Shown: one piece after another, positions 1 through 24,062 of the stretch
Numbering within the stretch: the stretch's first letter is position 1
Layout: each line of letters begins with the position of its first letter
Assembly (NCBI GenBank): GCA_964016885.1
Contig: CAXHJY010001237.1
Coordinates: forward strand, 1 to 64,000
Length of the DNA stretch: 64,000 nucleotides
Reading direction: 5' to 3'
DNA from: Eledone cirrhosa
Lineage: Eukaryota
The notes under the pieces: generated by a model
The model's input: only the letters and a program-made list of their open reading frames with translations
Database searches by the model: none
What the model was told of the DNA's origin: nothing
Position numbers and translations under genes: made by a program

Positions 1-11940
<11,940 letters not shown>

Positions 11941-11947
11941 TGTTTAT

Positions 11948-12556
11948 GTCAGGTCACCACTTGGTGCTACTGGTAACATGTATCCCAGTACAACCTGTCT
12001 CATGGTCGGGTCGTTGGCGACTAAACTGGCAACCCCACTAAGGTTTCTTGGTGAGGAGGGTGACTTTGGACATCCTGCAGGACTAAAAACAAAACCTGTC
12101 AAAGGGCAAAGGAGCTCTTAAGAGTCAATGGCCATCCAAAATCACTGGGAGAGATGACCCCTTAGCCTTTGTCAAGGCAGAATTCTAGGAGAAGGAAAAC
12201 TCTGATATAACACCTGCAACCCTGATGGTATCCAATGATGTTGACTTGTTCTTCTTTTTGGTAAATATCATCTTGGTTAAGAGAGTGGGACTGGCTTTGT
12301 GCAGTGCCTTTGCTCACTATAAAAGCTTCACGGCACAGGCATTGCTTTATATCTGGAGATCTCTCTGCACTTGCCGTCACATGGTACCATGGGCCCAGCA
12401 CTATGTGTCAATAATTGTCACAAGTGTAGTGTTTGTACCAGAGTTTTCAAGTCGCTGACTGGACTAAAAAGTCACACTCGTTCAGCGCATCGGTAGGGGT
12501 TCTCCTACATGGATATAAAGTAGTGGCCGTACTCGAAAACGAGTTGGCAGCCACCA
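11948..12556 (+). mobile_element. Non-autonomous RTE-like (bipartite LINE-derived) element, copy 1 (longer 5' end)
   Basis: About 610-bp complex island in the microsatellite, near-identical to 13768-14302. The 3' part encodes a C2H2 finger plus stop, then the hairpin actcg-aaaa-cgagt, then runs directly into (TA)n. The 5' part has motifs (aaactggcaacccca, gaaggaaaactctga) that resemble RTE 5' UTRs. Confidence 0.7.
12389..12496 (+). pseudogene. Relic C-terminal C2H2 zinc finger of a LINE ORF2 ([35 protein letters not shown])
   Basis: Manual translation gives C-x2-C-x3-F-x5-L-x2-H-x4-H ending at TAG 12494-12496; too short for the ORF track. Confidence 0.7.
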
Positions 12557-13044
12557 TATATATATATATGTATATATATATATATGTATATATATATGTA
12601 TATGTATGTATATGTATATATATATGTATATATATATGTATATATATGTGTATATATGTGTATATATGTGTATATATGTGTATATATATGTATATATATG
12701 TATATATATATATATATATGTATGTATATATATGTATATATGTATATATGTATATATGTATATGTATGTATATATATATATATGTATGTATGTATATGTA
12801 TGTATGTATGTATATGTGTGTGTATATATGTATGTATATATGTATATATATGTATGTATGTGTATATGTGTATGTATATGTGTATGTATGTATGTATATA
12901 TATATATGTGTATGTATATATATATATGTATGTATATATATATATGTATGTATGTATGTATATATATATGTATGTATATATATATGTATGTATATATGTG
13001 TGTATGTATATGTATATGTATGTATATGTGTATGTATGTATGTA

Positions 13045-13080
<36 letters not shown>

Positions 13081-13180
13081 TGTATATATGTATGTATGTA
13101 TGTATATATATGTGTATGTATGTATATATATATGTATGTATGTATATATATATGTATGTATATATATATATATATGTATG

Positions 13181-13211
<31 letters not shown>

Positions 13212-13240
13212 ATGTATATGTATGTATATGTATGTATATG

Positions 13241-13276
<36 letters not shown>

Positions 13277-13496
13277 TATATGTATGTATATGTATATATA
13301 TGTATGTATGTATGTATATATATATGTATGTATATGTATATATATGTGTATGTATGTATATATATATATGTATGTATGTATATATATATATATGTATGTA
13401 TGTATATATATGTATATGTATGTATATATGTATGTATGTATATATGTATGTATGTGTATATATGTATGTATATATGTATGTATATGTATATGTATG

Positions 13497-13530
<34 letters not shown>

Positions 13531-13700
13531 TATGTATGTATATATATATGTATGTATGTATATATGTATATATGTATGTATATATATATATATGTATGTA
13601 TATATATATGTATGTATATATATATGTATGTATATATATATGTATGTATATGTATATGTATGTATATATATATGTATGTATGTATGTATATATGTATGTA

Positions 13701-13733
<33 letters not shown>

Positions 13734-13767
13734 ATATGTATGTATGTATATATGTATGTATATATAT
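12557..13767. repeat. (TA)n/(TATG)n microsatellite spacer between the two element copies
   Basis: Alternating T with A/G throughout. Confidence 0.98.
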
Positions 13768-14302
13768 TAAACTGGCAACCCCACCAAGGTTTCTTGGTGA
13801 GGAGGGTGACTTTGGACATCCTGCAGGACTAAAAACAAAACCTGTCAAAGGGCAAAGGAGCTCTTAAGAGTCAATGGCCATCCAAAATCACCGGGAGAGA
13901 TGACCCCTTAGCCTTTGTCAAGGCAGAATTCTAGGAGAAGGAAAACTCTGATATAACACCTGCAACCCTGATGGTATCCAATGATGTTGACTTGTTCTTC
14001 TTTTTGGTAAATATCATCTTGGTTAAGAGAGTGGGACTGGCTCTGTGCAGTGCCTTTGCTCACTATAAAAGCTTCACAGCACAGGCATTGCTTTATATCT
14101 GGAGATCTCTCTGCACTTGTCGTCACATGCTACCATGGGCCCAGCACTATGTGTCAATAATTGTCACAAGTGTAGTGTTTGTACCAGAGTTTTCAAGTCG
14201 CTGGCTGGACTAAAAAGTCACACGCGTTCAGCGCATCGGTAGGGGTTCTCCTACATGGATATAAAGTAGTGGCCGTACTCGAAAACGAGTTGGCAGCCAC
14301 CA
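13768..14302 (+). mobile_element. Non-autonomous RTE-like element, copy 2 (5'-truncated by about 75 bp)
   Basis: Aligns without gaps to 12022-12556 (offset 1746) with about 8 substitutions; finger reads [25 protein letters not shown] at 14165-14242. Confidence 0.7.
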
Positions 14303-14683
14303 TATATATGTATGTATGTATGTATATATATGTATGTATGTATATATATGTATGTATGTATGTATATATATGTAATATGTATGTATGTATATGTATGTAT
14401 GTATATGTATGTATATATATGTATATATATATATGTATATATATGTATATATATATGTATATATGTATATGTATGTATATGTATGTATGTATATATATGT
14501 ATATATATATATGTATGTATATATATGTATATATATGTATGTATATATATGTATATATATATATGTATGTATATGTATGTATATATATATGTATGTATAT
14601 ATATATGTATGTATATATATATGTATGTATATGTATGTATATATATATGTATGTATATATATATGTATGTATATGTATGTATG

Positions 14684-14722
<39 letters not shown>

Positions 14723-14729
14723 GTATATG

Positions 14730-14768
<39 letters not shown>

Positions 14769-14809
14769 GTATATATATGTATGTATGTATGTATATATAT
14801 GTATGTATG

Positions 14810-14842
<33 letters not shown>

Positions 14843-16295
14843 ATATATGTATGTATGTATATATATGTATGTATGTATGTATGTATATATATGTATGTAT
14901 GTATGTATGTATATATGTATGTATGTATGTATGTATATATATGTATGTATGTATGTATATATATATATATGTATGTGTATGTATGTATATATATATATGT
15001 ATGTATATGTATGTATATATATATATGTATGTATGTATATATATGTATGTATGTATATATATATATGTATGTATGTATATATATGTATGTATGTATATAT
15101 ATATATGTATGTATATATATATATGTATGTATATGTATGTATATATATATATGTATGTATATGTATGTATATATATATATGTATGTATATGTATGTATAT
15201 ATATATATGTATGTATATGTATGTATATATATATATGTATGTATATGTATGTATATATATATATGTATGTATATGTATGTATATGTATGTATATATATAT
15301 ATGTATGTATATGTATGTATGTATATATATATATGTATGTATATGTATGTATATATATATATGTATGTATATGTATGTATATATATATATGTATGTATAT
15401 GTATGTATATATATATATGTATGTATATGTATGTATATATATATATGTATGTATATGTATGTATATATATATATGTATGTATATGTATGTATATATATAT
15501 ATGTATGTATATGTATGTATATATATATATGTATGTATATATATATATGTATGTATATGTATGTATATATATATATGTATGTATATGTATGTATATATAT
15601 ATATGTATGTATATGTATGTATATGTATGTATATATATATATGTATGTATATGTATGTATATATATATATGTATGTATGTATATGTATGTATATATATAT
15701 ATGTATGTATGTATATGTATGTATATATATATATGTATGTATATGTATGTATATATGTATGTATATGTATGTATATATATATATGTATGTATATGTATGT
15801 ATATATATATATGTATGTATATGTATGTATATATATATATGTATGTATATATATATATGTATGTATATGTATGTATATATATATATGTATGTATATGTAT
15901 GTATATATATATATGTATGTATATGTATGTATATATATATATGTATGTATATGTATGTATATATATATATGTATGTATATGTATGTATATATATATATGT
16001 ATGTATATGTATGTATATGTATGTATATATATATGTATGTATATGTATGTATATATATATATGTATGTATATGTATGTATATATATATATGTATGTATAT
16101 GTATGTATATATATATATGTATGTATATGTATGTATATATATATATGTATGTATATGTATGTATATATATATATGTATGTATATATATATATGTATGTAT
16201 ATGTATGTATATATATATATGTATGTATATGTATGTATATATATATATGTATGTATATGTATGTATATATATATATGTATGTATATGTATGTATG

Positions 16296-16334
<39 letters not shown>

Positions 16335-16848
16335 GTATATATATGTATGTATGTATATGTATATATATATATATGTATATATATGTATGTATGTGTATGT
16401 ACGTATCTATATATATGTACGTATATATATTTGTGTATGCGTATGTATATGTATGTACATATATATATGTGTATGTATATATATATGTGTATGTATGTGT
16501 ATGTATATATATGTGTATGTATGTATGTGTATGTATATATATGTGTATGTATGTATATGTATGTACATATATATGTGTATGTATATATATATGTGTATGT
16601 ATGTATATGTATGTACATATATATGTGTATGTATGTACATATATATGTGTATGTATGTACATATATATGTGTATGTATGTACATATATATGTGTATGTAT
16701 GTACATATATATGTGTATGTATGTACATATATATGTGTATGTATGTATATGTATGTACATATGTATGTGTATGTATGTACATATGTATGTGTATGTATGT
16801 ATATGTATGTACATATGTATGTGTATGTATGTACATATATGTATATAT
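14303..16848. repeat. (TATG)/(TA) microsatellite block 3, including a 28-bp higher-order array at about 15110-16270
   Basis: G pattern repeats with period 28 (15125, 15153, 15181 ...); tac variants appear near the right edge. Confidence 0.97.
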
Positions 16849-17437
16849 TATAGTTTTGTATAATTAGTATAATTTAGTAAACACGCCCGGACATGATCAT
16901 AATAAAACTTATTTCTTTATCTATCTACAACTAATTTTCTATTAATAATTATTAATTCAAATTTATTTATTTATTTATTCATTCCTTCATTATTTATCTA
17001 TCAACTGTTACACGTTTTTTTCTTTTTCCATTATCTATTATCTATATATTTGATTTATTAAACTAGCTTTCTTATACTTAACTTGTTAAACTACATCGAT
17101 CGTATCGTTATTCAGATGAATTATATATGCGCTACACATTAAATATGAACAAGACAAACAACAACAAACATACAATCCTCTTAATAATATTCAAATTCAT
17201 TATAATTTTACTTCCCACTCTCTCACATGTTTTGTTCATTATGCAGATCGAATCCTCGACTTTCTTGCTGATTTAACTTAAATTTTGAAATCTTTTTTTT
17301 TCTCTGTGAAATATCTTTTTCTTTGTGAAATGGGATGCATATTTAAATTGTATGTATGTGTTTATATGTATATTTTATATATATATATGTGTGTGTGTGT
17401 GTGTACTTCAAATATTTTATCTATGTACTTTATACAC

Positions 17438-17469
<32 letters not shown>

Positions 17470-19119
17470 ATATATATATTTTGTTTATGTACATTGTATA
17501 TATATATATATATATACATATATATATTTTGTTTATGTACATTATATTTATATATATATAATGTGTGAGTGTGTTATTTTATTTATATACGCGTGGAAAA
17601 AGAATAATAGCTGTTTTAGAGAATACCTCTATTTTGTAGTTTGAAATAGGCTTAAAAGGAAGGTTACTGCTAACACTAGACCACATTAATAATATACCTC
17701 TTCCTCCCTTCATCCCTCATTTCTAATCCTTTCATTGTTTTTTAGTTTTTTTCTTCAACCTTCTTCCTATTGTATTTAATGTAGTAACAGAAGGCATCTG
17801 CTTGTCGTAATAATAATAATAATAGCAATAATAATTGTACTAGAAAACCGTTGACTACAACACAATGTATTTTGAACTTTTTTCCTTTCTATCTAAATCT
17901 CTTTCTCCCCTTCCCTCTCTGCTAATGCTAAAAATGAAACGAAAAGGAAAGGAAAAAGAACACTTAGCAATCGACTTCATAATGCTTATTAAGTAGTACC
18001 TGTTGGACTTGCTTGTGTGTGAATTAGTGAGAGGTAGAGGTAGTGAGCGCCTGCATTAGCTCTCTCTCTTTCTCTTGTTGGGGGCATGTGACGAGTGAGT
18101 TTTGCTTACATGATAATAATATTCGTTAAGTCACATTTATTATGCTTGGTACGTTTTCTGTTGAGGTAGAATCCAGGTTCTATTATAATTTCCTCCTACC
18201 TGTTTTTCTTTCTTTTCCTATTTATATATCATATAATTAATTGATGAAACTGTCATTGAAATCTATCGTTTATTTATTTTTTATATATTCAACTCAGTGA
18301 TATCTATATTATTATTATATATATTTTTTTAACGAAATTATTTCGAATCTAATCAAGCTGATTGTCGAGATTCACTATTTAGTAACGTGATTTATTCGTG
18401 AGGAATGAGAGAGAGAAGGGATGAGGTATTAAGGAGAGAGAAAATTGTAGATAAATAGATGGAGTATTAGTGAGTGCGGGTTGTAGATAGATCTAGTATT
18501 AGAGAGAGAGAGTGATTTGTAGATGGATAGATGAAGTTTTAGAGAGATACGGTAATGAGATGATAGGTGATATTCAATTATTTCATTACTTCTTTTTGAA
18601 AATCCCTTGAATATATGTTTCTAATAAAACGTGTTCAGTGTATGTTCCAACCTCCAAAGCAGCCAACTGATACACACACACACCAAGTGGACATACAACG
18701 TCATTGTGGTTAAAAGTGGGCGCCAGAAAAATTTCATTGCACGTGAGTTTCTTCGGCCTGCTAGAAGTATTAACTAGATCTCTTTCAAATCACAACCAAC
18801 CCGCCTTGAACAAAGATCTAGGACAATATAAACGTAGATAAACAAAAGGATGGGACGGCTTTGATCGTAGGTTTGCTCAATCAGCTCTAACGTAGGGACT
18901 GGCTCAACAACTAAATATTTTCTGTTGATGATGGTAACGTGATTAATAACCCAATAAATTATGTAAAGTGGGATGGTTTCTTCCTGTTATTAGCCCTTAA
19001 CATCCTGTATTGCATGACACTGCTTTAGCAAGCCATTTATGAAAAGTATTTAAAAAAAAAAAAATACACTGATTGTTTTACAGTGAGTGATCAGGCTTGC
19101 CTATTGAATTACAGGTATA

Positions 19120-19268
19120 ACTCACTTTTGTCGGCTGAAATGAACTGGAACAACGTGAAATAAATTATCTTGAAATAAAGTATCACGAATACACCACACT
19201 GCTAAGAATCGAACTAACGACCTTACCGTCGAACCAAACACCCTAATCCCTAAGCCATGCCCCTTCAT
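19120..19268 (-). mobile_element. tRNA-derived SINE fragment
   Basis: Reverse complement reads gaaggggcatggcttagggattagggtgtt...gttcgattctt (A/B-box-like head), similar to the SINE heads at 34967 and 42238. Confidence 0.7.
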
Positions 19269-19944
19269 TCTAAACCATATATAATTGCAATAACATTCTC
19301 AATATAAAAATTGCTTGAAATACATCAACATATTGTAGATATATCAATGGAGGTGACTAGAGATTGCATGTATCTATTATAACTCCTAGTGGAGGCATAG
19401 GAGCACTATAGTGACATGCTATATTTCTTTTGCATTTTAAACCTGGCAGAACCCATCTCTCTCCAGGTTTGAACACAGCTGTTTTATTTCAGAGAGGAGG
19501 TGAAACATAAATATAGAGGAAGAATTGACTGCTGTACTGGACTGGTACTTTTTATCAACCCTGAAGAGATAAAAGGCAAAGTTGACTTCAGTAGGATTTG
19601 AACTCAACAATTCTACTAATTTGTTGGGTTAGAGATTATAACTAATTAAAAAATATTATAGATAGAAAGACAGAAGTTTAGTTAATCTCATAACTATGAA
19701 TATTCTATAGTGTATTACTTATTGATCTTTACTTAAGGAGGGTGTGTCTGTTATAATAATATTTAGTTAACCACTAAGCTGTGACAGCATTAACTTTCTC
19801 TTATTTTGCTCACTTATCAAGTATTTTTATTTTCCAATTTATTGATGTACTTGATTAGTGAAATATTTAGAGAAAAGCTAGCGAAACATCGTTTCTAAAT
19901 TAACATGAAGTTAATGTTTACAGTAATTTATATTTTTATCAGTT

Positions 19945-20295
19945 AACACACCCAGTACACTCTGTCAAGTGGTTGGTGATTAGGACATCCAGCTGTAGAA
20001 AACCTGCCACTCAAAGTGCTGAAGGAACTCTTCAATTGTGTCAGACATGACAACCTCTCTCGTACTGGTGCCATGATAAAATGCACTCTGTAATGTTTGG
20101 GAATGTGTGTATATATATATGTGTGTGTGTGAATTGTGGGTTCCTGGCTTGTATGAGCACTCAGTAGAGTGTAAGAATGTGAGATGCAAGCCCCTGGCAC
20201 ATCTGAGAGGTCAGTAGCTCTGCTTGAGTATTGGCATAGTCAGTGATGACCAGTCCAATCCTTGCTAGCAGGGAAAACAGACATGAAATGATGAG
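19945..20295 (+). mobile_element. Degenerate RTE-type 3' UTR repeat
   Basis: Contains ggttggtgattaggacatccagctgtagaaa and the terminal cttgctagcagggaaaacagacatgaaatgatga shared with the RTE ends elsewhere in the window. Confidence 0.65.
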
Positions 20296-20372
20296 CATTA
20301 TCACCAACATCTATTTTTATGTTTGTGTGTGTTAGATGGATCTGCAAATAAGCATCTCTTTCTTTTCATATC

Positions 20373-20669
20373 TTAAACCTTTTAATACTAAACTATCTGA
20401 AATCACCCCAGGTTCTATGATATTAAGCTGTTTAATTTAATTTATGTTTATCGAAAACCTTCACAACATAATTTTATATAATTCCTTTAGGTATGATACT
20501 AAACTGCTTATATTTATTCATCACATATCTTTCATCAGTTTTATGTAGAGGCCTTTGTTATGCCATGCTGCAAATCCCAGAAAGTTAGTTATATTACTAA
20601 ATCCCTCCAAATTCTTAATTATTTGAAAATCATAGTCTTTCGTGAAAAATATGGTAACAAAAGGTTTAA
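20373..20669. mobile_element. piggyBac-like MITE, family B (degenerate)
   Basis: Ends ttaaaccttttaatac... and ...atatggtaacaaaaggtttaa; related ends at about 21838, 24150-24368, 24798-25021 and 29360. Confidence 0.5.
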
Positions 20670-20962
20670 AGCACTGGTTGAGTTTCCTTGGAGTATCTGT
20701 TCTGGTTCTTAGTGATGTTTTTGCTACAAGTTGATATCACAGATATTAGCAATGGAAAGACCGATAACACAATTTCCTTAGAGGTCCATTCTAGAACCCC
20801 TGCTTTCTTGCTTTTTCTTGATTTGGTTACTATTTCTAGCAGGTCAAGTAACAATATAGAAGCCCTTTCATTGGCTATCCTTTTTTGGTGTTTCTCTGCT
20901 CTCTGTGTCTTTTTAAAAGACTTGATGAGGCTAAACAAAAATGTTTCCCTGTTCTGCTGCAT

Positions 20963-21121
20963 GGATGCAGTATGATTGAATGGTTAAGACATTTGCTTTG
21001 TAATCATTAAGTTCAATCTCACTGTGTGGCATCTTGGGCAAATGTCATTTACCATAGGCTTGGGTTAACCCATTCCTTGTGAGTGAAACATGGTAAATGG
21101 AAAGTGTTTAGAAGCCTACCG
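20963..21121 (+). mobile_element. tRNA-derived SINE, family 2 (degenerate)
   Basis: tggttaagac...gttcaatctcactgtgtggcatcttgggcaaatgtc...; homologous to 27502-27650. Confidence 0.65.
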
Positions 21122-21569
21122 GATGGATTGTACCTGTAATTTAAAGAACCAGCCTTGTCACACACTGTTAAGCTGAATCTCCTTCAGAATTACATTCACG
21201 ATACACATGCCTGTGGAATGCTGAGCCACTTGCACTTTAATACAAAAATGGACTATACTGTGCGACATTGAATCTCCATAAAAATTACATTAAAGATATG
21301 CGTGTCAAGAGAAGGCTGTACTGTTGATTGAACAACTGGAATACTCATCATTGAAACCAACTAAGGTCCAATCAACTGCCCTACTTCTTTTCTATAAACA
21401 AAACATGGAGAGTGATATTTCTCCCCAAAATATAATTGTCAAATATTTATCAATCTTCTGACTATTCTGTTTAGTCGTGTATTAATAGCTCTAAAATAAA
21501 CACTGGAGCAAACTTTCATCTGTTGATTGATGCCTATAACAATGATAGTGACAAACATAATGTAGGTGA

Positions 21570-21711
21570 TGGTGCATGGCCTGATGGTTAGGGTGTTAGA
21601 CATTGATCATGAGGTGATGGCTTCAATTCTTGGACCAGATTGTTTATTGTATCCTTGAGCAAGATGCTTCATTTTACATGGCTTTTCATGGTAGGATTGG
21701 GTGCCCCCTAT
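21570..21711 (+). mobile_element. tRNA-derived SINE fragment
   Basis: ggtgcatggcctgatggttagggtgtt...cttcaattct...ccttgagcaag; body similar to 43605-43750. Confidence 0.65.
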
Positions 21712-22309
21712 CATTGATACTTAACATCCTGTATTGGTTTAGCAGAGAGTATCTAAAAACACATTTGTTAACTCAAATATTTATAGTATCTTTCCTGGTG
21801 AATAAACAGATTGTGAAAATCTGTTTTAGAGTAAATCTTAACCCTTTTGTGACAGTATTACTAATGAAATACACTATATTTTAATTAATGAAGTATTTTG
21901 AGAGATTTACTAAAATTATTGGTTATTTCATTCTTAACATATGGTTCTTATATACAATTGTTAGATTATAATTTAAACAGGAACCCTCTAAAATGGGTGG
22001 TTTGGGTTCATAGAACCAGAAACTGTTTTGGTCACATTAGTATCAAAAGGATTTTCAAAAATGTTTTGCTAATGGGGTTTCATGTGGTTGTTAAGAGTTA
22101 AATAAAACACCTAAAAAATCTGAGATACAACTTCATAGGAGGTCAGTTAAACTTGTATATGTGTGAACTAGAAATTTCATTTCATCTTTTTTTTTTAAAT
22201 CAGTAACAGTTAGTGACGGTCAACATGTTGGTGACAGTTTGGGTGTCAACAAGTCACTGGCTGTTGTTGACTGTCACCAACTGGTTGATTGATGTAAAAT
22301 TTGGTGTTG

Positions 22310-22535
22310 ATTGGTGATAGGAAGGGCATCCAGCTGTAGAAAGTTGCCTAACAAAGGGTTATGTCAAAGATATGACAACCTCTCCTGGTAGAACTTGAGA
22401 TCATATGTAATCAAGATGCAGATCCCTGGCCTGTCTGGAAGGTCAGTAGCCTCGCTTCAGTACTGACTTGGTCTATGTAGACCCATCCAACCTTTTTATA
22501 GCAGGGAAAGTGGATGTGAAAACATTGCTGATGAT
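22310..22535 (+). mobile_element. RTE-type 3' UTR repeat
   Basis: ttggtgataggaagggcatccagctgtagaaa ... ccatccaacc...gcagggaaagtggatgtgaa, followed by a short gat tail. Confidence 0.7.
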
Positions 22536-23378
22536 ATGTAGTAGTAGTAGTAGTAGAATGCCGGATAGAATCCTTTTTGGTATTTGTTCCAACTCTGTGA
22601 CCTGAGTTTCAATCCTATTGATGTCAACTTTACATTTCCACCCTTTGAGATGGATAGAGTACCAGTTCAATACTGGGGTCAATTCTTCCTCCCTCTCTCT
22701 TTTCCCATAAAATTCTTAGTTTTAAAATTGCTTGAAAATCATTGTTTATCATCAGAAATATGGTAACAAAATGGTTAGTGTTTATAGTTATTTAAGAACT
22801 TTTAAGTTATGCTCCAAACACCAGCTTTATGGGAAAGTTATATTTGTAAATTCCTCCAAATTCTAAATTATTTTCTAAATGACAGGCTGTGTATTTCACG
22901 AGAAATATGGTATTGACATGGTTAAAGCTGCTCCCAAATACTCATCAGTATTTTCTTTTCTCTAAAAATGAAATTATATTCTGCTTTGTTAAGCAGCGTT
23001 TATTGATTATTCCTGGCTGTTTATTATTGGTTATTATAGCTCAGGTTTTTTGGGGAGTTTTTTTTTTCTTCTTCTCAAAGAACACTAGTGCTGATCACAG
23101 GGAAACTCTATATTGCTGCTGTTATTCATTTCAACACACATTGGGTAGAGATGGAGTGTGTGACAGTTGAAAGCAGATTTTCTCCCAGTAGCTTTAGAAT
23201 TTGCTTCAATTCCTAGTTTCAGGAATAAAAATAAAACCCTGGATCAATTGATATTTTTACAATATATATATATATATATAAACATAATTGTGTTTTTTTT
23301 CTTTTTATATATATATACTATTTTACGTGTTCCAGCCATTCGGCTGAGGCCATGCTGGGGCACCACCCTTTGTATATA

Positions 23379-23460
23379 CAGGGTGTCCCCAAAAGTGTAT
23401 ACACACTTTGATTACCTGTACAGGCAATATTTATTAGAATGCTGTTGAAGTGTGTATATA
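23379..23460. mobile_element. Partial Tc1/mariner-like mini-MITE
   Basis: TA|cagggtgtcccc left end; same family as the complete copy at 63239-63314. Confidence 0.55.
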
Positions 23461-23496
23461 TGTATATATAAACATAATTTTTTAAAAATCTTAATA

Positions 23497-23680
23497 CAGG
23501 TAAAATTCCGTTATAACGAATACCATTAAAACAAATTTTTCAGTATAATGAAATGTTTTTCAATCCCTGAGGTAATAAACAAACACTTGATGTGTTTCAG
23601 TCGATCTCGTTATAAAGAATTTTTTGCTACAATTATTTTTTTTTATACCCAGTGAATTTCGTTATAAGGGAATCTCACTG
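23497..23680. mobile_element. pogo/Tigger-like MITE with TA target duplication
   Basis: TA|caggtaaaattccgttataacgaa ... ttcgttataagggaatctcactg|TA imperfect terminal inverted repeats. Confidence 0.75.
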
Positions 23681-23804
23681 TATTTACACACACATGTGTA
23701 AAAGAAAAAATAACCCAATTATATGCTAATTTAAAAAAAATCCTTTATCACTATTTTTCTCTTTTTTGTCTCTATCTCTCTTTCGAAAATTAGATCATTG
23801 TAAA

Positions 23805-24062
23805 AGTAGTGGTAGTAAATGATGATGATAGTAATAAATAAGTTAACATAATAATTATCATCATAAATGATAATGATGTTACTGTTAAAATGATATATAG
23901 TAATAAAATATTAATGTAATAGTAATAATTTAATATTGATAATATAATAAACATATAATATTAATATGGTTAATGATAAAGTTAATAATAATTATAATAT
24001 GGCTATTGATATAATAATAAATAACAAATAACCATAATAAAGATGTTAATAATGATAATGAA
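23805..24062. repeat. Degenerate (TAA/TGA)n low-complexity tract
   Basis: Repeated aat/gat triplets. Confidence 0.8.

Noticed and set aside
12162-12458. 70-80 aa ORFs within the microsatellite-embedded element (also in copy 2)
   Set aside because: No recognisable motifs; conserved only because the copies are nearly identical.
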